DNA of 64,000 nucleotides from an uncultured delta proteobacterium (GTDB lineage: Bacteria > Desulfobacterota > Desulfobacteria > Desulfobacterales > SG8-13): NCBI GenBank assembly GCA_963848135.1, contig CAWKCK010000003.1, forward strand, positions 620,001-684,000. The letters are read 5' to 3'. The position numbers and the translations under genes were made by a program. This document shows positions 30,739 to 39,557 of this stretch, in pieces; positions within the stretch are counted from its first letter, which is position 1, and each line of letters begins with the position of its first letter. The notes under the pieces were generated by a model that made no database searches, was not told the origin of the DNA, and worked only from the letters and a program-made list of their open reading frames with translations.

Positions 30739-32700
30739 ATGTACGACGACAAAGAACTCAAAGAATACCGGGATCTACTCCAACCTCCAGACCACTTTGA
30801 AGAAGGGTTTGACTGGAAGACCGTCATCGGGGCCATATTCATCGGATTTCTGATGATGCCCGGCAGTATGTATTTGCAATTGGTGATCGGTACCGGCATC
30901 GGTCCGGCCGCCCGTTGGGTAACCATCATCCTGTTCGCCGAAGTGGCCAAGCGCTCCTACACCGAATTGAAGCAACAGGAAATATTTCTACTGTATTATA
31001 TGGCCGGGGCCGCCATGGCGACGCCTTTTCAAGGGTTGCTCTGGAACCAGTACCTGGTTCAGTCCGATGCGGCCCGGATGCTTGGATTGACCGAATTTAT
31101 TCCGACCTGGATAGCGCCATCCGCCGATTCGGATTCTCTCGTACAGCGGAGTTTTTTCCACAGGGACTGGCTCATACCGATTTTGCTGCTTGTCGGCACC
31201 CAGTTGATTCAACGGATCGACCGTTTCGGACTTGGGTACACATTGTACCGTCTCACCTCCGACGTTGAAAAACTTCCCTTTCCCATGGCACCGGTGGGGG
31301 CACTGGGAACGATGGCCCTGGCCGAGTCCACCGAGGACAAAAAGAAGAGCTGGAAGTGGCGCGTGTTTTCCATCGGCGGGATGATCGGTCTGGTATTCGG
31401 AGCCATCTACGTGCTGCTGCCCACGGTCTCGGGCCTGGTTCTGATGGAACCCATCCGATTGCTACCAATACCGTGGGTTGATTTGACCCGCTATACCGAA
31501 AGGGTGATGCCGGCGGTGGCGACAGGCATCCAGTTCGACCTGACCCTGCTTTTCGTCGGAATGGTACTGCCTTTCTGGGCGGTGATCGGTGGTCTGATCG
31601 GTGTGCTCATCACCTTCGTGGCCAATCCGATCCTCTTCCGCCACGGTATCCTCTATCGCTGGCACGAGGGTATGGGGACGGTCGACACGGTTTTTGCCAA
31701 TAATTTCGATTTTTACATGAGTTTCGGCATCGGCCTTGGCCTGGCAATAGCCGCCATCGGCATCTGGGCGGTTCTGAGATCTTTTGGTAAAAACGCACCC
31801 GGGCAGCGCGGGAGCCTCAGGGATTTGCTGACGTCTCATCCCAGTCGGGGCGACATCAATATCTGGATTTCTATCGGAATCTATGTGTTCTCCACCCTGT
31901 CGTACGTGGGGCTCTGCGTCTGGCTCGTTCCCAATTTTCCCTGGTTGTTTTTTCTCGGATACGGTTTTGTTTACACGCCGTTGGTCTCTTATATCACCGC
32001 CCGGATGGAAGGGATAGCCGGTCAGTTTGTCAGCCTGCCGATGGTGCGCGAGGCCAGCTTTATCGCCGGTGCCCGGTTTTTCGGCTATCAGGGCATCGAG
32101 ATCTGGTATGCGCCGATTCCGATTCACAATTACGGTGAAGCAACGGTATCCTTTCGCGAGATCGAGCTGACCGGTACCAGTTTGCGCGGCATCATCAAAG
32201 CTGAGATCATCGTGTTTCCGGTGGTCATGATTGCCAGCCTCCTTTTTTCACAGTTCATTTGGCGTCTGGCGCCGATTCCTTCCAGCAACTATCCTTACGC
32301 CCAAGAACTCTGGCACCTTCAGGCCCTTAATTCCCTGCTGATGCAGACCTCGACTCTGGAAGGCAACTCCCTGTTTTTTCAGGCACTCAGAGCCAGCTAT
32401 GTACTCACGGGCATGTTATTCGGTCTGGTGACCTACGCCGTGCTGTCGCTGCTGGGGCTGCCGGTTCTGCTGATTTACGGCGTGGTTCGTGGTCTGGGTC
32501 AGTCCACCCCCCACGGATTTATCCTGGAAGTGATCGGTGCCCTTTTGGGGCGCTTTTTCTTCATTAAACGCTACGGCGCCATGTGGCGGCAATACGCACC
32601 GGTGCTTCTGGCCGGGTTTTCCTGCGGCATGGGCCTGACCGGTATGTTTGCGATGGGCTTTGCTCTGATTCTTAAATCCCTCGGTAGGCTCTTGTACTGA
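30739..32700 (+). CDS. OPT/YSL-superfamily-like peptide transporter
   Basis: Many TM segments; L..QE, EKLPFP and C-terminal LAGF..G motifs reminiscent of OPT. Confidence 0.7.
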   Translation: MYDDKELKEYRDLLQPPDHFEEGFDWKTVIGAIFIGFLMMPGSMYLQLVIGTGIGPAARWVTIILFAEVAKRSYTELKQQEIFLLYYMAGAAMATPFQGLLWNQYLVQSDAARMLGLTEFIPTWIAPSADSDSLVQRSFFHRDWLIPILLLVGTQLIQRIDRFGLGYTLYRLTSDVEKLPFPMAPVGALGTMALAESTEDKKKSWKWRVFSIGGMIGLVFGAIYVLLPTVSGLVLMEPIRLLPIPWVDLTRYTERVMPAVATGIQFDLTLLFVGMVLPFWAVIGGLIGVLITFVANPILFRHGILYRWHEGMGTVDTVFANNFDFYMSFGIGLGLAIAAIGIWAVLRSFGKNAPGQRGSLRDLLTSHPSRGDINIWISIGIYVFSTLSYVGLCVWLVPNFPWLFFLGYGFVYTPLVSYITARMEGIAGQFVSLPMVREASFIAGARFFGYQGIEIWYAPIPIHNYGEATVSFREIELTGTSLRGIIKAEIIVFPVVMIASLLFSQFIWRLAPIPSSNYPYAQELWHLQALNSLLMQTSTLEGNSLFFQALRASYVLTGMLFGLVTYAVLSLLGLPVLLIYGVVRGLGQSTPHGFILEVIGALLGRFFFIKRYGAMWRQYAPVLLAGFSCGMGLTGMFAMGFALILKSLGRLLY

Positions 32701-32724
32701 TACCGGTATCTCAGAAGACAGACC

Positions 32725-33639
32725 GTGGTCAATCAACCCAAAAAGTCCGCCTCGCCGCAATGGCGTGAAGTCGCCTGGAACGGGGTGCGTTTAGAGGTTC
32801 CGGCGAATTGGGAAATCGGAGAAATCGGCCGGCAGCACCTGTTTTTGGAAACCATCGACGGACCAAAGTTGGAGATAAAATGGGGGCCGGTGAAAGGCAG
32901 ATTTTCACCCCGCGCACAGCTCAAACGGTTGGCTGCTTCCCAAGGGCGAAAACTGCGCAAGGATCTGCACGAGGCGGCATTACCGACCGCCTGGGCGCAG
33001 GTTCTCAGCCGCTTCGAAAGCGTCGGGTTTCTTTGGCGCAGCGGTACTGGCACTATCGGCGGGCGCGGTATCGTGCTCTATTGTCCTGCCTGTCGGCAAG
33101 CGACTCTGCTGCAATTCTACCGGGCCCCGTTTGATCGACCCATTCCTTACGCCACCCGGCTGCTGGCATCCTTTGTGGACCACACCAATCGACCGTTAAC
33201 GACATGGGCGGTCTTCGATGTTCACGTGAAGATACCAACAGAATATGTATTAAAGGCATTTCGTTTCGAAACTGGATTCTACGAGCTTGCCTTCTCAAGC
33301 CGGGCATCGAAGCTCACTCTGCAGCGCTGGAGTCCTGCTGACGTGCTCCTCGGGGATGACGGATTATCGGGATTCGAAAGAAAATACCTGGCCTATTCCA
33401 CGAAGCGTCCCGTCACATTCAAAACACGATCAACGGATATTGTCGAAGTGGAGGACCGTCTACCCAAAGCTATTTTGCAACGTTTAATACGTCATTTGCG
33501 GCGTCAGCCGCTATACATCCGCGAACGATTGTGGCACGAAGCCGACAAGAACCGTATCCTCGGGGTACGGCTGGAAGGAAGGGAGCCCATCGACTCGCAA
33601 CATCTGCATTCGATTTGTACAAGTTATGGGACCATTTAA
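32725..33639 (+). CDS. Hypothetical soluble protein, possibly an internally duplicated PsbP/DcrB-like fold
   Basis: In operon (overlaps the next gene); WNGVRLEVPANWEI and FDVHVKIPTEYVL are similar; one CPAC; no signal peptide. Confidence 0.65.
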   Translation: MVNQPKKSASPQWREVAWNGVRLEVPANWEIGEIGRQHLFLETIDGPKLEIKWGPVKGRFSPRAQLKRLAASQGRKLRKDLHEAALPTAWAQVLSRFESVGFLWRSGTGTIGGRGIVLYCPACRQATLLQFYRAPFDRPIPYATRLLASFVDHTNRPLTTWAVFDVHVKIPTEYVLKAFRFETGFYELAFSSRASKLTLQRWSPADVLLGDDGLSGFERKYLAYSTKRPVTFKTRSTDIVEVEDRLPKAILQRLIRHLRRQPLYIRERLWHEADKNRILGVRLEGREPIDSQHLHSICTSYGTI

Positions 33640-34009
33640 ACGCAAAAAACGGTTAGAGGGGCCGGATCGAAGCGAGGCCCTCGACTGCACTCCCGTAAAA
33701 AATAACCAGATCGAGGAATCCCGCTTGGAGAGCGGGGAGCTGCTTCTGAGTTATCCCATGATCACACGACCATGGTTGGCCGGTCTTTTCAGACGGTTGG
33801 GGGGAAACAGCGAACGGACCGTAGTGAAGAAGCTCCAGTTGGATATTCTCGGAACTGAAGTCTGGGAACTTATTGACGGTGATACCCGGGTCCGTGATGT
33901 CATTCGGCGATTCGCCGGGACACACCGACTGCCTCACAGAGAGGCAGAGGTTGCGGTTACCCGGTTTCTGTGGGATCTGGGGAAGCGGGGTCTCATTGGG
34001 TTGCGTTGA
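33626..34009 (+). CDS. Stand-alone PqqD-family / RiPP recognition element-like protein
   Basis: LD..G..VWELIDG...V.DVI..F.....L...EAE..V..FL..L.KRGLI winged-helix pattern. Confidence 0.82.
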   Translation: MGPFKRKKRLEGPDRSEALDCTPVKNNQIEESRLESGELLLSYPMITRPWLAGLFRRLGGNSERTVVKKLQLDILGTEVWELIDGDTRVRDVIRRFAGTHRLPHREAEVAVTRFLWDLGKRGLIGLR

Positions 34010-34220
34010 TTTTATACCGTTTTTGAAAAATAAATTTCGAAATACAGAAGACGGGTATAAGTGGTTGGTGAATGAAACGTTTGAACAACGGAACGTTTTT
34101 TGACGTCGACGATACATTTTGCAGGACGTTTGGTGCCGTATGAATAGTCAGACGGCAGGGCTGCTTTTCAACCGATAGTGCCGGAGCGTGCGCCGATCGC
34201 ATCGATCCGGATGGTGTGGG

Positions 34221-34553
34221 CTAAACTTTCGATAGTGCGTTTTCCACTGTCGGCACGATTGTCAGAAAGGAATCGAATCCGGCGATTTCAAAGACCTCCT
34301 TGACGTAATCCTGCATCGCGCAAAGGACGATGTTTCCCTCTGTTCTTTTCAGATCTTTGGTCGTTTTCAGAATTATGCGTAGCCCGGCACTGGAAATATA
34401 ATCCAAATTCTCAAAGTCAATGACCACATTTCGTGCACCGCTTTCCATCGCTTCCATTAACCTTTTTTCCAAAGCAGGGGAGGTGTTCGAATCAAGGCGC
34501 CCGTTCAATTTGAAAATATTGATTTCATCTTTTTTCGTTTCGAGTATTTCCAT
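34221..34553 (-). CDS. STAS-domain anti-sigma-factor antagonist (RsbV/SpoIIAA-like)
   Basis: GRLDS, YISSAGLR (phospho-Ser motif), VFEIAGF. Confidence 0.93.
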   Translation of the reverse strand: MEILETKKDEINIFKLNGRLDSNTSPALEKRLMEAMESGARNVVIDFENLDYISSAGLRIILKTTKDLKRTEGNIVLCAMQDYVKEVFEIAGFDSFLTIVPTVENALSKV

Positions 34554-34644
34554 CTGACGTCCCTCTTTGTATCACATAGTTTGGTGCCATTTATTTTCGT
34601 ATAACCGGTAATTTCAGAGTTCTGAACGCTGCGATTAAAGCGCT

Positions 34645-35070
34645 TCAGCACTTGGAAACATTTTTAACCAACGTGATGATGTTTTTCTTGCCACAGCGTT
34701 GGTATGTGATTTCATCCATTATTTTTTTTACCAAATGTAAGCCGAGCCCACCAATCTTGCAATCCTCAATTTTTGTTTCCGGAGTCGACATTTGCCGACT
34801 CGCCGGGTCGAAGGGAATACCGCTGTCTTCTAATTTCACACTGATTTTACCGTTGTCATGAGAAAGTGCCACCAAAATCGATTGCCTCCCATTATCCGGA
34901 AATCCATAGCTTACGATATTGGTGAATAACTCGTCCAGTGCCAAATTAATCTGAAAAATACACTTTTTAGACAATCCTATACCTTCTCCGAAGGCATTGA
35001 GTTTGCGACCCAGTTTGTCGAGTTCGGAAATATTGTTTTTAAGTTTGAATGAAAGATTTTTCCTTGCCAT
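34645..35070 (-). CDS. Anti-sigma factor / Ser kinase (RsbW-like HATPase)
   Basis: LDELFTNIVSYG, D.G.PFDP, GGLGLHLV...MD. Confidence 0.92.
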   Translation of the reverse strand: MARKNLSFKLKNNISELDKLGRKLNAFGEGIGLSKKCIFQINLALDELFTNIVSYGFPDNGRQSILVALSHDNGKISVKLEDSGIPFDPASRQMSTPETKIEDCKIGGLGLHLVKKIMDEITYQRCGKKNIITLVKNVSKC

Positions 35071-35189
35071 GACGATGTCGTCTCGTCCGCTTTTGTGTTG
35101 TGGACACTCGGATGACCGGCTCTGGGACTGTGCGGGTCAATCGTTGATGACAATACGAAATCGATTGATTTCTATCACGTTTGCCGCAG

Positions 35190-35717
35190 TCAAACAAGAC
35201 TGACGCCGATTTCCCTGTAGCAGTCGATGCATTCCGCCTTTTGGCGGGCGACGAAGCGCTTTTCCCAGTTATAAATGTTGTCGACAATGACTTTGATCAT
35301 TTTCGGCATTACATCCGGGAATTGTGCCAGAGCCTTCGAGAATTTTTCACCGGTAATGGTCAGGCACGCGACGTCTGTGCGGGCTTTTAGTGAAAAGAGG
35401 TGGCGCAAGCTTCCCAACAGAGCCAATCGCCCAATGAATTCGCCGTCGCCATAATCCCGGATCTCCTGCTCGTCACCGTTGTTTGTGAGCAGGAGGCCCG
35501 CACTTCCGGATATAATATAATACGCTTGTTCGTCTTCGTCGCCTTTTTGAAATATATACTCGCCGGTTTTGTAAAATTCTCTGTCGCACAGGTAGGCAAA
35601 CACCTTTGTTGCCTCAAGGGGCAACCCGGAGAAAAAATCGACCTGGCGAAGGAAGCGTAAATTTTCTTGATATTCACTGTCCGTTCCGTCGCTATCTTTT
35701 TCCATATTCGAGTTCAT
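35190..35717 (-). CDS. Stand-alone cyclic-nucleotide-binding domain protein
   Basis: L....FF.GL, GE.IF..GD....AYYIISG, GEFIG.LALL; start overlaps the ABC gene stop. Confidence 0.85.
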   Translation of the reverse strand: MNSNMEKDSDGTDSEYQENLRFLRQVDFFSGLPLEATKVFAYLCDREFYKTGEYIFQKGDEDEQAYYIISGSAGLLLTNNGDEQEIRDYGDGEFIGRLALLGSLRHLFSLKARTDVACLTITGEKFSKALAQFPDVMPKMIKVIVDNIYNWEKRFVARQKAECIDCYREIGVSLV

Positions 35718-38208
35718 ACAGCAAACCTTTCTTGGCAATTAATTCATCGTAAGGTCCCATTTCAGCAATTCTTCCGGCCTTCATTACCGCTACTTGATCA
35801 AAATTTTTAATGATGTCCAAGCGATGAACGACGGAGATCACCGTACTCTTGCCTTTCCATCGGTTTTCAAGCAAATTCTGAATTCGGGTCTGGGAGTTGT
35901 TGTCAAGGGCCGATGTGGCCTCGTCCATAATCAACACTTTTGGATGTTTCAGTAAGGTCCGGGCAATGGCCAGCTTCTGCCGCTGGCCTCCAGAAAGTTT
36001 GTCTCCCTTGCTGCCGACCTCATACTGCATGCCGATTTCGATGACGGTCTCGAGGAAGTCTTCTTCGATCAGCAAGTGGACGATACTCTGGTTGATTTTT
36101 TCCTGGGCCTTCGGGTTGAAGGTTTTCATCTTGCCAAAAAATATGTTGTTCAAAATTGTTTGGGAGTAAATATACTGCGACGATTGATAAAAGGTGAATG
36201 CCGTCGGATCGTCGGTGGTGATATTTTTAGTGAACAGCTCCCGTCCCTCCAAAATGAGGTTTTCCAGGTTATTGGGCAAAGAGACGGTCTTGTGGATACC
36301 CGGGGTGAAGCGCAAAGCCAGATCCAGAAGTTTTGCCCGCTCTTCGTTTTCGAGTTGATGGGGTTCGACTTTTTTGGCGTGATCGACGATTCGCCTGTAG
36401 TCATCCAGTTCATCCGGAGCAATCGGGCTCTGTTCGAAGAACACCGCATCCGGGGGCAGATTGCCCAGAATGTCGACCATCTGGCTTGCCAGGCGAAAAC
36501 CAAGGGCCAGTAACGGTTGTTCCAGCTTCGCATTGTCTAAAAATCGGCTGAAATACCCGTTGTGCGATAAATTGCTGTGGTCGAAATCAGTCCGGTTGGG
36601 CGTGCCGAAGGTGAGGTTTTCCGAAATGCTGGAGAAATAGAGATAGTTTTTTTCATCAAAAAATTCTACGAACTCGGCGAGTTTCTGACCAAATCCGCTA
36701 CGGAAGCTGTCCCTTGTCCGCAGTATTCTTGCAACAAGTTCCCGATCTTGATCTTTAGACAAAATAGTGTTGAGCCCAAAGCGCAGGACATCGACAAAGA
36801 GTCCGGTTTGCTGCAAAACCGCGATGATTTCATCCCGGGTCGGCATCCGGTGGCTGCTGTCTTCGACATTATCGCTGAATTCAGCGGCGCAGCCGTACAG
36901 CAGATTCTCCTGGATCGTGCCGGCAAAGATAAACGGCGCCTGAGAAACAAATCCCACGTTCATGATGATATCTTTTTTAGACAAGTCTGCGACCTCTTTA
37001 TCGTCCAACAGAATATGTCCGGCAGAATAAGGGTAGAGCTGGCCGACACAAAGGGCCAGCGTACTCTTACCGCTGCCGGAAAATCCGACCAAAGCCAAAT
37101 TTTGACCCTGCTTGAGGGTAAAGGAAATGTCGTCCAACAGGTGGATACCGTCTTCGGTGACAAACGAGAGGTTCTGCACATCGATATTTCCCTCAAATGT
37201 GTAAGGCTCCCGATTGCTTGGTTCTATTTGGTGGTCCGCTTCGTGATCGAAATATTCCATGGTGCGGTAGTACTGTACCTTGGCGTCCTGATACACCTGG
37301 TACATTGCGATTAATTCCTTCCAGGGTGTGTACAGTTTTTCCTGCGCTGAGAGAAAGGCCACCAAGGCACCGAGTTCCAACTGGCCCTGCATGGCCAGAT
37401 AACCGCCGAGCAGGAAGACCAGAAAGGGGCTCAGATTCGAAAAAAAATTATTAAGAAGTTTTATTCCCTGAGTATAAAGGGTCCATAAGATCCTGATATC
37501 TTGCAGTTTGTCTACCAGTTGGGCGAATTTTCCATTTTCGATCCGGTAAGCCCCGTTGCTGTGTATCTCGTGGATCCCGGTGACAGATTCGGCGATTTTA
37601 CCGGCCATCACCCGGGAAGCATCCACACGACGTTTGTTTTGCAGATTGGCCCGTTTCTGAAGCCGGGGCAGAAGGATCATCACCACCGGATAGATGCTGA
37701 GAGAAACACCGGCCAACAAGGGGTTTAACCAGAACAGGTATCCGGCAAAGGCCAGCAGGGTCAGGATATTGGTAACGGGCACCGACACCGCCATACCGAT
37801 GAAGTTACCAGGGGTGGTCAGCTCGGTGGTCAGGGTCGATACCACCAGGCCCGGTTGGGTTTTGCGGAAAAATCCGAGAGGCAGCGTCAGGATGTGGCGA
37901 TAGAGTTCTTTTCGCATGGCGGCCGTGGCGCGCTGGCCAATGAGTGTCTGAATGTAATTGATCCAATACTTCAATGCCCCTTGTAAAATAACAGCGGCCA
38001 AATAGATGCCACAGTAAATCAGCAGCAGGTCAACCTTCCGCAAAGAGATCGCTTCGTTGACGACCCGTTTCTGCATTTCCAGGGGGATGACGCGGCTGAC
38101 GACCGTGATCAGAATAATGAAAATCAGGAAGATCTGAAGCTTGAGGTTGGTCGTTATAACCCATGACCCCAATTTCCTTTTAACGACCGAAGTTTGTTTG
38201 GTTTTCAT
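35692..38208 (-). CDS. ABC exporter (TMD-NBD fusion) with a large insertion inside the NBD
   Basis: N-terminal TMD; GFSGSGKST; Q-loop VSQ; LSGGQRQ, DEATSALD and HRL roughly 300 aa downstream. Confidence 0.9.
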   Translation of the reverse strand: MKTKQTSVVKRKLGSWVITTNLKLQIFLIFIILITVVSRVIPLEMQKRVVNEAISLRKVDLLLIYCGIYLAAVILQGALKYWINYIQTLIGQRATAAMRKELYRHILTLPLGFFRKTQPGLVVSTLTTELTTPGNFIGMAVSVPVTNILTLLAFAGYLFWLNPLLAGVSLSIYPVVMILLPRLQKRANLQNKRRVDASRVMAGKIAESVTGIHEIHSNGAYRIENGKFAQLVDKLQDIRILWTLYTQGIKLLNNFFSNLSPFLVFLLGGYLAMQGQLELGALVAFLSAQEKLYTPWKELIAMYQVYQDAKVQYYRTMEYFDHEADHQIEPSNREPYTFEGNIDVQNLSFVTEDGIHLLDDISFTLKQGQNLALVGFSGSGKSTLALCVGQLYPYSAGHILLDDKEVADLSKKDIIMNVGFVSQAPFIFAGTIQENLLYGCAAEFSDNVEDSSHRMPTRDEIIAVLQQTGLFVDVLRFGLNTILSKDQDRELVARILRTRDSFRSGFGQKLAEFVEFFDEKNYLYFSSISENLTFGTPNRTDFDHSNLSHNGYFSRFLDNAKLEQPLLALGFRLASQMVDILGNLPPDAVFFEQSPIAPDELDDYRRIVDHAKKVEPHQLENEERAKLLDLALRFTPGIHKTVSLPNNLENLILEGRELFTKNITTDDPTAFTFYQSSQYIYSQTILNNIFFGKMKTFNPKAQEKINQSIVHLLIEEDFLETVIEIGMQYEVGSKGDKLSGGQRQKLAIARTLLKHPKVLIMDEATSALDNNSQTRIQNLLENRWKGKSTVISVVHRLDIIKNFDQVAVMKAGRIAEMGPYDELIAKKGLLYELEYGKR

Positions 38209-38335
38209 AATTCATAGTTCCGGTTTTACTGCTGTTGTACCAGTGAATGATTTTTCGTGGGCTAAGAAGGGACAATCAGAGGTTTCGGGCAGCCTGATTG
38301 CGCCGGTGACATTTTGGGCTTGCCAGATGAGCCTG

Positions 38336-38488
38336 GTGTCCATCCATAAATGGCCTTTTTCTCGCTGGGTCCCGCCATGGCGGGATTATCCTCAGGTTTC
38401 CGGCTGCGGCGTACGAAAAGTACGCCTCGCCACAAACCTCTGTGCGGCCTTGCCCAGCGAAAAAAATTCTCATTTATGAATTGGACAC
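38336..38488. repeat. REP/MITE-like hairpin element, homologous to 8542-8676
   Basis: Termini GTGTCCATCCATAAATG / CATTTATGAATTGGACAC; carries an extra CCCGCCATGGCGGG palindrome. Confidence 0.78.
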
Positions 38489-38544
38489 TCAATCGTGCCA
38501 TCACCACATACGTGGACGGACACTAGCCTAAGCATTAATATAGG

Positions 38545-39534
38545 ATGAATCAATTTGACAAGCACAAAACCGGTTTCCCAACTTTGACAAAATTCAATCG
38601 AGAGGATAGTTTGAACACGATGAATGTAGCGAACGAACCACAATCCAGCGATCCGATCGCCATCGCACCGCCAGAGAACGTGCAAATACAAACGGTCGCG
38701 GGATGCAATGGCGGATGTGTTTTTTGCCCGAATGGAAAAACGCGGTTAAAGATACCCTTCGGGCGCCGCATGGATGGGAAAATGTTTCGTTCGGTTGCTG
38801 ACCAATGCCTTGAGCTTGGCATTCGGCGATATACGCTCTACTTGATGAACGAACCTCTGCTGGACCGTCACCTCCCCGAGAGGATTGCCTATATCAGCGC
38901 CCGAATACAAAAACCTCAGTTAACGAAGATTACCACCAATGGTGGGCTGCTGTCAGGTAAAATGGCGAGGGGCTTGCTTGATTCCGGTCTCGACAAACTG
39001 AAAATATCGGTTCAAAGTATCGATCCCGAAACGTACCGGCGCATCATGAATCTCCCCCTGGAAAGGACGTTAAGCAATATCGACAGGTTCGTGGAGCTCA
39101 AGGAGAAGGGTGGCTATAAAAGGCCCCGACTGCAAATCGTCACGGTCGATTCCATCCAAACCCGTGATGAACTTCCCGCGATTCGTCGATATTGGGAAAA
39201 ACGGAAAATCAAACTTCACATTGAACCGGTTGAAAACAGGATTGATCACCATGAGATTCGTGATGCTGCCATCGGCGCTGACAAACTTATCCCTTTTACA
39301 TGGTGCCGGCGATTGCTGGAGCAAATCTTCGTTCTTTACGACGGCCGAATGATCTTGTGTTGTTCGGATTGGGAACAAGAAAGCGTCATGGGGGATCTTG
39401 CCAATGAGCGTATGTCTGATATATGGCAAAGCGCACGGTATGCAGACTACCGCCGTCGGTTTGTCGCTGGTGATATCGAGGGTATGATCTGTTACGGTTG
39501 CCGCAAGCAGGTTCCGGTCAAATCCACAGTTTAA
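38545..39534 (+). CDS. Radical SAM enzyme with a twitch/short SPASM domain (true start may be 38611 or 38620)
   Basis: CNGGCVFC; NEPLLD; TTNG; C-terminal C..x..DG...CC.DW...GD....IW...C..C. Confidence 0.9.
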   Translation: MNQFDKHKTGFPTLTKFNREDSLNTMNVANEPQSSDPIAIAPPENVQIQTVAGCNGGCVFCPNGKTRLKIPFGRRMDGKMFRSVADQCLELGIRRYTLYLMNEPLLDRHLPERIAYISARIQKPQLTKITTNGGLLSGKMARGLLDSGLDKLKISVQSIDPETYRRIMNLPLERTLSNIDRFVELKEKGGYKRPRLQIVTVDSIQTRDELPAIRRYWEKRKIKLHIEPVENRIDHHEIRDAAIGADKLIPFTWCRRLLEQIFVLYDGRMILCCSDWEQESVMGDLANERMSDIWQSARYADYRRRFVAGDIEGMICYGCRKQVPVKSTV

Positions 39535-39557
39535 ATTACCGGTCGTTAAGAAGTTGT

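Noticed and set aside
30433..30950. ORF-track proteins with repeated LRVTG/LRVAS
   Set aside because: Antisense translations of the heptamer array.
33626..34009. PQQ biosynthesis
   Set aside because: No pqqA, pqqB or pqqC is present and the radical SAM protein lacks the full PqqE-type SPASM cysteine set.
34072..34143. 23-aa ORF MKRLNNGTFFDVDDTFCRTFGAV after the PqqD gene as a RiPP precursor or HAD remnant
   Set aside because: Weak SD, no leader/core pattern, and too short to support without conservation data.
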